32,000 bases of DNA, taken from assembly GCA_041657425.1 (NCBI GenBank), contig JBBABY010000011.1, forward strand, positions 1 through 32,000. The letters are read 5' to 3'. Shown in pieces: positions 1 through 7,849 of this stretch. The position numbers and the translations under genes are program-made. Numbering within the stretch: the stretch's first letter is position 1; each line of letters starts with the position of its first letter. This DNA comes from an archaeon. GTDB lineage: Archaea; Iainarchaeota; Iainarchaeia; Iainarchaeales; CSSED10-239. The notes below the pieces were generated by a model. It saw nothing but the letters and a program-made list of their open reading frames with translations, was not told the origin of the DNA and made no database searches.

Positions 1-2
1 AT

Positions 3-182
3 TTTGCAACTGCAAACTTATCAACGACAGGAAATGCCACAAATTTATCTTCAATTATTAATGAAGAGGAACAAATAATCAAAGCAGGAACTTATCACCC
101 TAGTTTAAAACAGTGTTGTTGTAATTTTTTTTGTACTCGCAAATCAGCATATTGTTGTGATAGCTCAAATGATGTCAGCTAG
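3..182 (+). CDS. 3' end of an ORF that starts upstream of the window (59 codons + TAG); Asn-sequon-rich with a Cys-cluster tail
   Basis: Own translation of frame 3: FATANLSTTGNATNLSSIINEEEQIIKAGTYHPSLKQCCCNFFCTRKSAYCCDSSNDVS*. It is open from the window edge, while the other two + frames hit stops within 80 nt. No family recognised. Confidence 0.3.
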   Translation, partial: FATANLSTTGNATNLSSIINEEEQIIKAGTYHPSLKQCCCNFFCTRKSAYCCDSSNDVS

Positions 183-276
183 AAAAAACTGAAATTGTAA
201 AAATTAATTGGAAAAAAATTAAAAGGGAACAATAAATAGTTGACAATGATTTTCTTTTAGATTGATTAATAACTTT

Positions 277-1143
277 TTATTTTCTCCATTCTTTTTTCAA
301 AAGTAAAGCATCTTGATAAGGAATAGGGCTTTCACAAATGATTGTCCCTTCTGCTTTTATTTCTTTTAATTTTTCTAGTATCTTTTTGTATGGAAAGTCA
401 TTTGCTTTGTCTTCAAACATTAAATGGTTTCTTTCGCCTTTTTCGGAGTAATTGATTCCTGACATGTGCATGTGCATCTTCTTAAGGTAGTCTGGATAAC
501 TGGAAAGGGTTTCAAAAAAAGAATTAATTTTTTTTTGTTCTCTAAAGTATCCGTTCTTTCTTGCATGTTGGTGTGAGAAGTCAATGACTGGCAATACTCC
601 TTCTGATTTATACTTCTCATAAAAATAAAAAATATCTTCTAAGGAACCAACTTGTGTTTCTTTTCCTGTTAGTTCAAGGCCAATATGTATTTTTTCCTTG
701 TTACCTTTTTTCTCAACTGTTTCAATTATCTTCTCTAACCCACTAGAGATTTTATTATAAACTTCTTCTTTTTCTTGCTTTTGGAAAAAGCCAGGATGGA
801 AAAGTGCAATCTTGGAACCAATTAGTTGTCCAACAATAAGTGAGTGAGAGATATACCCAATACTGTTTCTAATGATATCAGAATCAAGAGAACTAAGATT
901 AACATAGTATGGACAATGAATGCTAAGTGAGATATTTTTTTCTTCTGCAGTTTTTTTAATTTCGGTAAGTTGCTCTTTGTTGTTTGTCTTAAGATAAACC
1001 CCTCTAACGAATTCAATTTCCATAGCGTCAAGACCAAAACTTGAAACTTGTAAAATCCCTAAAGTTGTCTGGTCTTTAACCTTAGGTAAGGTAAATTTGG
1101 AAACCCCAGGAATTCCTGCAGTTCCAAATAATAATTTATTCAT
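277..1143 (-). CDS. Endonuclease IV / xylose-isomerase-like TIM-barrel protein (AP endonuclease family 2-like)
   Basis: 288 aa. N-terminal FGTAGIP, IHCPYYVNL, FHPG, IGLELTG, DFSHQHA and HMHMSG..ERNHL resemble the metal-ligand blocks of Nfo-type enzymes and archaeal TIM-barrel homologues. Its start overlaps the stop of the ferredoxin gene by 4 nt. Confidence 0.6.
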   Translation of the reverse strand: MNKLLFGTAGIPGVSKFTLPKVKDQTTLGILQVSSFGLDAMEIEFVRGVYLKTNNKEQLTEIKKTAEEKNISLSIHCPYYVNLSSLDSDIIRNSIGYISHSLIVGQLIGSKIALFHPGFFQKQEKEEVYNKISSGLEKIIETVEKKGNKEKIHIGLELTGKETQVGSLEDIFYFYEKYKSEGVLPVIDFSHQHARKNGYFREQKKINSFFETLSSYPDYLKKMHMHMSGINYSEKGERNHLMFEDKANDFPYKKILEKLKEIKAEGTIICESPIPYQDALLLKKEWRK

Positions 1144-1331
1144 TCTTTTTCAACTTTAATACAAGAAACAGGGCAAGAGTCTGCTGCAACTTGGTTACAT
1201 CCAATTTCAGTAATTTTAACTTTTTTAGGAACTGGCTTTTCTCCCTTGTATTCCCAATTGTCTGGACAAAGAGCAACACAAGCTCCACAACCTACACATT
1301 TATCTTTGTCTTGACTGATTTTATAACTCAT
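1140..1331 (-). CDS. Small 4Fe-4S ferredoxin
   Basis: 63 aa with CVGCGACVALCP and a second block C..(6)..CPVSCI. GGAGAA lies about 8 nt upstream of the ATG on the minus strand. Confidence 0.8.
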   Translation of the reverse strand: MSYKISQDKDKCVGCGACVALCPDNWEYKGEKPVPKKVKITEIGCNQVAADSCPVSCIKVEKE

Positions 1332-1414
1332 TTAGTTTTTCTCCTTTTTTACGTTTTTATAATTAATATCAACAATACATATAAGCAAATAAACATATAT
1401 TTAAATGTTTCTTT

Positions 1415-1430
1415 CCTTTATAAATATATT
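1415..1430 (+). promoter_or_regulatory. Putative archaeal TATA box for the pilus-locus operon
   Basis: cctttataaatatatt lies about 25-35 nt upstream of the ATG at 1453, in the 121-nt divergent intergenic region. That spacing would give a leaderless or very short-leader mRNA. Such motifs are common by chance in DNA this AT-rich. Confidence 0.25.
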
Positions 1431-1452
1431 TTAATATTAAAAAAGATGTATA

Positions 1453-3678
1453 ATGCCTGATAATTATAAGAAATATAAGATGTCTAGAGAGAACCCTGGA
1501 GAAATCTATAGTTCAATATCAATAGACTCAAGAGATTTTTCTAAACCTTCAGATAAATTGTCTAAGAAAGTATCTGGCGGATATGTTACTTTTTGTAAAA
1601 AGATATATGAAAAGTTTCCAAGTCTAGGACAAAACGGTAAATTTACAGAAGAATATCAAAAAGCAATTGATTTTTTAGATTGGGACTTAAGTGCAGAAGA
1701 ATATAATGCAACAGTTAAGTTTGTTTTAATTGGAGGAATATTTCTAGTAATGTTAATTGTAGGATTACTTTTTAAATTTCTATTGCCTATAATGACAGAA
1801 GCTTTTGGTTCTTCAATTTTTGCAATGATTTTAGTTATAGGTATTCCTTTCGGAGTTTTCTTTTATATTTATAACACCGTTAGAAGATATCCGTTAGTGA
1901 AAGTAGAAGACGAAACAATAAAAGCATTAACTTTTGTTCCTGAGATTCTAGGTTATATGATAATGTCTATGAAGTTAGTACCTAATTTAGAAAAAGCAAT
2001 AGAGTTTGCGTCAATTCACGGTCATGGAAAGATCGCAGAAGATCTAAAAAAATTATTGTGGGAAGTAAAAGTTGGAATAAAGAACAGTGTTGCTGAAGGA
2101 CTAGATGATTTAGCATATAGATGGGGAGATGTTTCAGTAGAATTAAAAAAAGGATTAATGAAAATAAGAGCATCAGTTATTGAATCCTCAGAAAGTAAAA
2201 GATATCAATTATTAGATCAAACAATGAGTGAAACATTAGTTTCAGTAAAAAGTAAATTAGAAGACTATGCAAGAACTTTAAATCAACCAGCAACTATTAT
2301 GTTTTATTTAGGAATTCTTTTACCATTACTTTTAATTATTGTTCTCCCTGTTGGTTCTGCTTTTTCTGGTTCTGCTCTTGCTCAGCCAATTTATTTAATA
2401 TTGATTTATAATATTACAATACCTCTTGCTTGTTTTTTCTTTGCTCAAGGAGTTATTAAGAAAAGACCTCCAACATATAATCCCCCACATATCCCTGATG
2501 ATTTTCCAGGACTACCAAAGAAGAATCATTTAAAGATTGGTGAAAATCAATTTAATGTTTTTATAATAATTATTATCTTAGTAGTTGCAAGTGTATTTGC
2601 AGGATTGTTTTTAGAAAAAACATTTGGAATAACTAAGGAAAAGATACTAGAAGAACAATTAGGAACAACAACTCCAGTGTGGCCTTGTGATACAGTAGCT
2701 GACAAAGCTTCAAAAGCATTAAATCCTAATTTTCGATGTACAGAAGAAAGATTATTCTGGCAAGATCCTAAAAATGCAGTTACTCCATATTTTGTTATTT
2801 TCTTTAGTTTAATGGCAGCGGCGTTATCAATTTCTCTATGGTGTTATACAACAAGTGTTTACAAAAGAAGAATACAATTAACAACTGAAACTCAAGAAAA
2901 AGAGTTTAAGGACGCTCTTTATATTATTGCTAGTCGCTTAGGAGAAAACAAGCCAATAGAAGATGCATTTGATCATACAAGACAATTCCTTTCAAAGTCA
3001 AGTGTTGCTAGAGATATTTTTGGTAAGACTGTTGATAATATTAGAGTTTTAGGTTTAACACTTGAAGCAGCTGTCTTTGATAAGACTTATGGTGCTTTAA
3101 AGAACAATCCTTCAACAATCATAAGTAGTGCTATGCAATTAGTTGTTGATTCTGTACAGATGGGAGTTAATGTTGCAGCTAAGACATTGTTATCTTACTC
3201 AATGCAACTTAGAAACACAGATGAGATTAATCGTCTTCTTTCAACGTTGATTGCAGAAATCACTTCAACATTAGATAGTATGGCTAAATTTATTGGTCCA
3301 ATTATCTTAGGAGTAACAACAACTCTTCATAAAGTGGTGATTTCCACTCTTGCTTCAGTTGCAAGTTCAGGGGCAATTCAAGAAATGTCTCAGTCTTTAG
3401 AGAACATAGAAAGCGCAGGAATTGGAAGCAATCTAAGTTCTATTTCTTCATTTGGTAATGCCATTAATGTGGATGTTATTGGAAAATTAGCAGGAGCAAC
3501 TGCCTTTACAATTATTGTTGCAATCTATTTGATAGAAATCGTTCTTATCATGACATATTTTACAACCATGATTGAACAAGAAAATATGACTCTTGTAAAG
3601 TATAGAATTTCTCAAACACTTCCAATTGCAGTTATATTATTTATAGTTACAGTAATCTTAGCAAACATGGTATTATGA
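1453..3678 (+). CDS. PilC/TadC/ArlJ(FlaJ)-like polytopic platform protein of a type IV pilus-like system, unusually long at 741 aa
   Basis: About 9 predicted TM helices. Two cytoplasmic helical repeats are each followed by TM pairs, as in T2SSF domains (FVPEILGYMIMSMKLVPNLEKAIEFASIHGHGKIAEDLKKLLWEVKVGIKNSVAEGLDDLAYRW... and EFKDALYIIASRLGENKPIEDAFDHTRQFLSKSSVARDIFGKTVDNIRVLGLTLEAAVFDKTYG...). It heads an operon of prepilin-like genes. Assigned by eye only. Confidence 0.5.
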   Translation: MPDNYKKYKMSRENPGEIYSSISIDSRDFSKPSDKLSKKVSGGYVTFCKKIYEKFPSLGQNGKFTEEYQKAIDFLDWDLSAEEYNATVKFVLIGGIFLVMLIVGLLFKFLLPIMTEAFGSSIFAMILVIGIPFGVFFYIYNTVRRYPLVKVEDETIKALTFVPEILGYMIMSMKLVPNLEKAIEFASIHGHGKIAEDLKKLLWEVKVGIKNSVAEGLDDLAYRWGDVSVELKKGLMKIRASVIESSESKRYQLLDQTMSETLVSVKSKLEDYARTLNQPATIMFYLGILLPLLLIIVLPVGSAFSGSALAQPIYLILIYNITIPLACFFFAQGVIKKRPPTYNPPHIPDDFPGLPKKNHLKIGENQFNVFIIIIILVVASVFAGLFLEKTFGITKEKILEEQLGTTTPVWPCDTVADKASKALNPNFRCTEERLFWQDPKNAVTPYFVIFFSLMAAALSISLWCYTTSVYKRRIQLTTETQEKEFKDALYIIASRLGENKPIEDAFDHTRQFLSKSSVARDIFGKTVDNIRVLGLTLEAAVFDKTYGALKNNPSTIISSAMQLVVDSVQMGVNVAAKTLLSYSMQLRNTDEINRLLSTLIAEITSTLDSMAKFIGPIILGVTTTLHKVVISTLASVASSGAIQEMSQSLENIESAGIGSNLSSISSFGNAINVDVIGKLAGATAFTIIVAIYLIEIVLIMTYFTTMIEQENMTLVKYRISQTLPIAVILFIVTVILANMVL

Positions 3679-4199
3679 AATTTAAATTAACAGAAAAAGG
3701 AGATGGAGAAAGTTTTGAAACTTTTCGTTTACTTATTGCTTTCGTTCTTGCCCTTGCAGTTTTAGTAATTATTATTAGTATGGTTAATAGTACAAATAAA
3801 CAAGCAATACTTATTAGTGATCAAAAACTTAAAGAAGGACTGCTGTCCGCAGCAAAGAGTCCAGGGACAAGCACAAGAATTCCATTTATTATTGAAGACT
3901 TAATGTTATCAGGAACCATTTCTAAAACAAGAATAAGTAATTATTCTGGCCTTGATGGAAATTGTATAGCTTTAGTTTATGGTGCAGGAATCACTCCCCT
4001 TAATCCAAATACAAATGATATTTTAAAAATAAAGGCAAGCAGATTAGAAATGAATGTTTATGCTTATTGTGATTTTAATGATGGGGACCATCCAGATGTT
4101 GCAGAAGATCAAATTTCTACAGACTCTGTTGTTTGTCCTACATACTGTGTATTTTTCTTTAATAAGAAACCAGATGATTCTCTTTATCATTCCGATTAA
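3675..4199 (+). CDS. Pilin-like protein with a divergent class III signal peptide; a distant member of the head-domain family seen at 5896-8374
   Basis: MKFKLTEKG/DGESFETFRLLIAFVLALAVLVIII (charged leader, KG, hydrophobic helix). LLSAAKSPGTSTRIPF...SGLDGN...C..VYGAG...YCVFFFNKKP loosely parallels LLKTQVDSPGAEQCTTKVTF...TGLDPE...CVVYPRKTA. 4 Cys. ATGA overlap with the upstream gene. Confidence 0.5.
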   Translation: MKFKLTEKGDGESFETFRLLIAFVLALAVLVIIISMVNSTNKQAILISDQKLKEGLLSAAKSPGTSTRIPFIIEDLMLSGTISKTRISNYSGLDGNCIALVYGAGITPLNPNTNDILKIKASRLEMNVYAYCDFNDGDHPDVAEDQISTDSVVCPTYCVFFFNKKPDDSLYHSD

Positions 4200-4263
4200 G
4201 ATAGAAGATTAGTCTTTAAAAATTCTTCTAATAATAGATTATATATCTAAATAGTGATTAATT

Positions 4264-4755
4264 ATGAATATTTTTACAAAAATCTTATTTGTTATTCTTG
4301 CAGTAATAATACTGGTGCTTGGTTTCTTTGTTGGAACTATTATACTTATAGTTATTTTTACTTTATTAATACTTATGACTATTTTGTTTGTAGTTATTTG
4401 GATATTCAATAATATAGTAAGTTTGTTTCAAACGAATTTTGCGAAACTTGCATTTAAGTCTATATTTTCAGTTGCAATAACATATGGGTTAATTGAATTA
4501 CTTTGGTTATTTACTTCTAAATCTTTTTTAGCTATGGATAAAGCAATTGCAATCTCAACACTTTGGGTAATCTCTGCATTGATTTTTGGAACCTTATGGT
4601 ATTTATTACACCTTAAGCAATCAGCAAAGAAACATCAATATCTTTGGGATGAATATAAATCTCCAAACACTTTAAGTCTTATGGATGTTCTTTTAATGGT
4701 GGTCTTTCCATCCATAATGATATTAATATTCAACTCAATACATACTTTGATATAA
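4264..4755 (+). CDS. Polytopic membrane protein, function unknown
   Basis: 163 aa, 4-5 hydrophobic helices, in-operon position. No conserved catalytic motif recognised. Confidence 0.55.
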   Translation: MNIFTKILFVILAVIILVLGFFVGTIILIVIFTLLILMTILFVVIWIFNNIVSLFQTNFAKLAFKSIFSVAITYGLIELLWLFTSKSFLAMDKAIAISTLWVISALIFGTLWYLLHLKQSAKKHQYLWDEYKSPNTLSLMDVLLMVVFPSIMILIFNSIHTLI

Positions 4756-4756
4756 T

Positions 4757-5857
4757 ATGCCAACTATAATCAATAAAGAAAAAGAAAAGATTGTAACAAG
4801 AATAATTGGCAATATTATAACTAATCATCATCTTCAAACTAATCAAGTTTATTATTATAACAAATATGAAATTACTACATTTATTGATATAGAATTTAAA
4901 AAAATACTACTTGCAAAGTTTTCAGAGAAAGAATTAGTTAAGCTTTCTGAAAGAATAAAGTTGTTCTATGCAAATAAACCAAACTCTAATCAACTTGCTT
5001 CTTTTTATGAAATGTTTAGGTATTTACGTAATCATCCTAATTCTTTAGATTTAAAAAAAGATAAACTAAGTTTTCTATTTTCTGAAATAAAGAATATTGA
5101 GCAAAAGAAACTATTGACAATGGTTTATTCTAAAAGAGCAGAAGATTGGTGTAAAGAAACATATCCTGGTTTTTTAAGATCTCAAACCGCAAATACACTA
5201 TATACTGCAAAAGTAAAAATAAACGGAGTTATAAAAAGAGTATTTATTAAAACTCCAATTGGAAAGACTAGAACAGAGGATCTTGGTTTTAATAAACTAA
5301 TGATTGATCCAGATACTTTTAGATTATATACTTTCAAGACTGATAATTCTGGGAAAATTATTGAAAAAAGTATTAGGCCTCCTAAATTAAATACAATGAA
5401 TCGAAATGTGGATAATAGTCAATATATCTCTCTTGAAGAATTCAAGACCAGATTTACTTATAATTTAGTCAAATATATAGATGAAAAATATGGTTTAGAA
5501 AACCTTATTTCATCTTACACCGTGTTTGGTGGGAAGACTAATTTAGAAAGACTAGAAAATTCTAAAGATATTATTTTTAGTTATTTAAAAGACAAATATA
5601 AATTATCTCAATCAATTACAATTTTTGCAAAATTAATTAAATCTATATTAATTCAACAACCAAGAGAGAATCAAGAATTCGTTAGAGAATATTTATCTTT
5701 AGTAATTAAAGAAACAATTCAGAAAAACACAAAACCAGAAGAATATAGAATGCACGAAAGTTTATTTAAGAAAACGATTTTTGAAGATAAGATAAAAGTA
5801 AATAATACAAAAAAATCAAAAGTTTCAAAGCCATCAGCAAAGATAAGACCTAAGTAA
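4757..5857 (+). CDS. Basic soluble protein of unknown function embedded in the pilus locus
   Basis: 366 aa, no TM segment, Lys-rich tail (KVNNTKKSKVSKPSAKIRPK). Starts 1 nt after the previous stop. No motif recognised. Confidence 0.55.
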   Translation: MPTIINKEKEKIVTRIIGNIITNHHLQTNQVYYYNKYEITTFIDIEFKKILLAKFSEKELVKLSERIKLFYANKPNSNQLASFYEMFRYLRNHPNSLDLKKDKLSFLFSEIKNIEQKKLLTMVYSKRAEDWCKETYPGFLRSQTANTLYTAKVKINGVIKRVFIKTPIGKTRTEDLGFNKLMIDPDTFRLYTFKTDNSGKIIEKSIRPPKLNTMNRNVDNSQYISLEEFKTRFTYNLVKYIDEKYGLENLISSYTVFGGKTNLERLENSKDIIFSYLKDKYKLSQSITIFAKLIKSILIQQPRENQEFVREYLSLVIKETIQKNTKPEEYRMHESLFKKTIFEDKIKVNNTKKSKVSKPSAKIRPK

Positions 5858-5895
5858 ATAAATAACCTTTTAAATGGTTTATCTCTTTCTTTTTT

Positions 5896-6594
5896 ATGGA
5901 TTCAAAAAAAGTAGATAAATGGTTAATGATTATCTCAGGTGTTTTTTTAATTATAGGATTAAGTTTTATTATTTATTGTATAAATTATGTTGGAACATTA
6001 TCTACAACACAAGGATTATTATTTTTTATAGGAACTATTTTTACTGCTTTTTTTTCAGGATATTTAATTTTATCTTTTATAATGTGGACGTTTCAATCAA
6101 TTTTTAAGAAACTAAGTGATCATTTTAAAGTTGATATTTTTCTTAAATTATTTGTTTGGATAATTATTTCAGTAATTTTATTTGTATTAATAAGAGGACA
6201 TTTTACAGAACATAATTATAATTCTCCAACAAATATTATTAAATCAAAACTTTTACATTCTGCAATAGAAACCCCAGAATTAGAGCATTGCTCAGATTCA
6301 ATTATTTTCAATAAAGGAACATATAGAATAACTTCTGAAAGTGTTACAAAAGAAACAGGATTATTGCCTGAACAAATTATTTTTATTAATCCACAAGACA
6401 TTAATAAATTTGAAGTAAAAGATAATGTGCTACAAAATAAAGACTTTTACCCAAAATCATATATTATTTGTGCAATTTGTGATGTTGGCAAAACTAAATT
6501 ACAATCCACCCTTATAGTAAATAATATAAATACAATAATTGATTCAAATATTGAAGGACAAACATTATGTGCAGTTTATCCTAAAACAATATAA
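5896..6594 (+). CDS. Three-TM membrane module fused to a diverged pilin-type head domain
   Basis: N-terminus MDSKKVDKWLMI..YLILSFIMW..FKKLSDHFK..TM. C-terminus ETPELEHCSDSIIFNKG..GLLPEQIIFINPQ..SYIICAICD..GQTLCAVYPKTI aligns with the head of pilin 7850-8374, with the same four Cys positions. Confidence 0.7.
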   Translation: MDSKKVDKWLMIISGVFLIIGLSFIIYCINYVGTLSTTQGLLFFIGTIFTAFFSGYLILSFIMWTFQSIFKKLSDHFKVDIFLKLFVWIIISVILFVLIRGHFTEHNYNSPTNIIKSKLLHSAIETPELEHCSDSIIFNKGTYRITSESVTKETGLLPEQIIFINPQDINKFEVKDNVLQNKDFYPKSYIICAICDVGKTKLQSTLIVNNINTIIDSNIEGQTLCAVYPKTI

Positions 6595-6612
6595 TTAAAA
6601 TAAATGATAAAT

Positions 6613-6927
6613 ATGGATTCAAAAAAAGTAGATAAATGGTTAATGATTACTTCTGGGATTTTACTTATCCTTGGTGGTGTTCTATTTTATTTCAATAGAG
6701 CGTTTGGTGGGAACTTTATAACTCACGCAATAGTAAGAATTGTGGGAATAATTATAATAATCTTTTCAATATGTTATTTAGTATTATCATTATTGATGGC
6801 AATACTTCAATTAATCTTTAAGAAATTAAGCAACCACTTCAAAGCAGAAGTTTGGTTTAAGATAGTTCTCTCAATAATTCTTACAATTATTATTTCTTAC
6901 ATACTAGGAAGTTTACCAAGCATATAA
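6613..6927 (+). CDS. Stand-alone copy of the three-TM module, with no head domain
   Basis: I prefer the ATG at 6613 over the track start at 6604, because 6613-6649 is identical over 37 nt to the start of gene 5896. MDSKKVDKWLMI..YLVLSLLMAILQLIFKKLSNHFKAEVWFKIVL parallels the 5896 N-terminus. Confidence 0.6.
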   Translation: MDSKKVDKWLMITSGILLILGGVLFYFNRAFGGNFITHAIVRIVGIIIIIFSICYLVLSLLMAILQLIFKKLSNHFKAEVWFKIVLSIILTIIISYILGSLPSI

Positions 6928-6928
6928 A

Positions 6929-7762
6929 ATGAAAAAGGAAAAAAATATGGACTTAAAAAAAGAAGACGAAGATTACATTTACGAGGCAGTGAATAAAGCT
7001 AATAAATCTACAGTAAATTCAAAGGATGGAGGTAAATATAAAGAAATAGATAAAACTATTTTACAATGGTGTCCAATTGTATTGATACTATTAATAACTA
7101 TTGGCATTTTATTTTCTACATTGTCTGCAATTGGTGGCAACCAGACATTGATTCTAGCTATTCTTTTTTATACATATATAACATTATGTACATTTACTAT
7201 ATCTTATCTTGTTTTGTCTTTGTTATTTTGGATAATCGGGTTACTATCAAAAACATTTAAAGAAGATTACAAGTCTAAATTTTATTTGAAAATAAGTATA
7301 AGTGTTATAGCAATTATAATAATACTTATTATAATAAATTCAACTTCTTGTATTGGCTGTAATTCAATGAATACAATACCTATAAAAAATACAAAAACAT
7401 TATTAAAAACTCAAATAGATAATCCAGGAGCAGAACAATGTACAACAAGTGTAACATTTACTAGAAGTGTGTCTAAATTATCATCAGAAGGAATTACACA
7501 AGATTCTGGTTTAAACCCAGAACAAGTTTATTTTGATAACCCCCAACAAATAAGTTCATTTGATATAAGTAATCCTCAAACATTAAAATATACATTTACA
7601 ACTTCAAAAAAAGTGGTAATGTGTATTCTTTGTTCAAATAGTATAGAAAATTTAAATTATGCAATTAGTGAAAATGCAAGAGCTACAGATGAGTTTGGAA
7701 GTGTGCCAAACATAACAGACAACCAAACAATTTGTGTAGTTTATCCAAGAAAGACTGCATAA
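6929..7762 (+). CDS. Three-TM membrane module fused to a pilin-type head domain (close paralogue of pilin 7850-8374)
   Basis: 277 aa. The TM module is YLVLSLLFWIIGLLSKTFKEDYKSKFYLKISI.... The head is TKTLLKTQIDNPGAEQCTTSVTFTRSVS..NPEQVYFDNP..LKYTFTTSKKVVMCILCSNSIENLNYAISENA..QTICVVYPRKTA. The true start may be the ATG at 6947 (MDLKK), which resembles the MDSKK starts of the paralogues. Confidence 0.7.
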   Translation: MKKEKNMDLKKEDEDYIYEAVNKANKSTVNSKDGGKYKEIDKTILQWCPIVLILLITIGILFSTLSAIGGNQTLILAILFYTYITLCTFTISYLVLSLLFWIIGLLSKTFKEDYKSKFYLKISISVIAIIIILIIINSTSCIGCNSMNTIPIKNTKTLLKTQIDNPGAEQCTTSVTFTRSVSKLSSEGITQDSGLNPEQVYFDNPQQISSFDISNPQTLKYTFTTSKKVVMCILCSNSIENLNYAISENARATDEFGSVPNITDNQTICVVYPRKTA

Positions 7763-7794
7763 CAAGCTTTAAAAAGATTTTGTTAATATTATTT

Positions 7795-7846
7795 CATTAT
7801 ATTATATTTAAGTAAAAGAAAAGAATTTAAAAAAACAAAAAGGTGA
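7795..7846 (+). promoter_or_regulatory. Putative promoter (TATA-like cattatattatatttaag) and Shine-Dalgarno AGGTGA for the canonical pilin gene
   Basis: This is the largest intergenic gap in the locus (7763-7849). AGGTGA at 7841-7846 lies 3 nt from the ATG at 7850 and 9 nt from the ATG at 7856, so 7856 may be the real start. Confidence 0.3.
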
Positions 7847-7849
7847 AAA

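Noticed and set aside
4264-4755. Possible prepilin peptidase (PibD/FlaK/A24 family), given its position in the pilus operon and its polytopic nature.
   Set aside because: It is only 163 aa with three Asp, none in a GxGD-like context (AMDKA is the closest). That is too short and lacks the two-Asp signature.
4757-5857. Possible hidden assembly ATPase (PIGKT and FGGKT resemble the end of a Walker A motif).
   Set aside because: Neither site fits GxxxxGK[ST], since Ile or Tyr occupies the first Gly position. No Walker B or Asp/His boxes of PilB/ArlI-type ATPases are visible.
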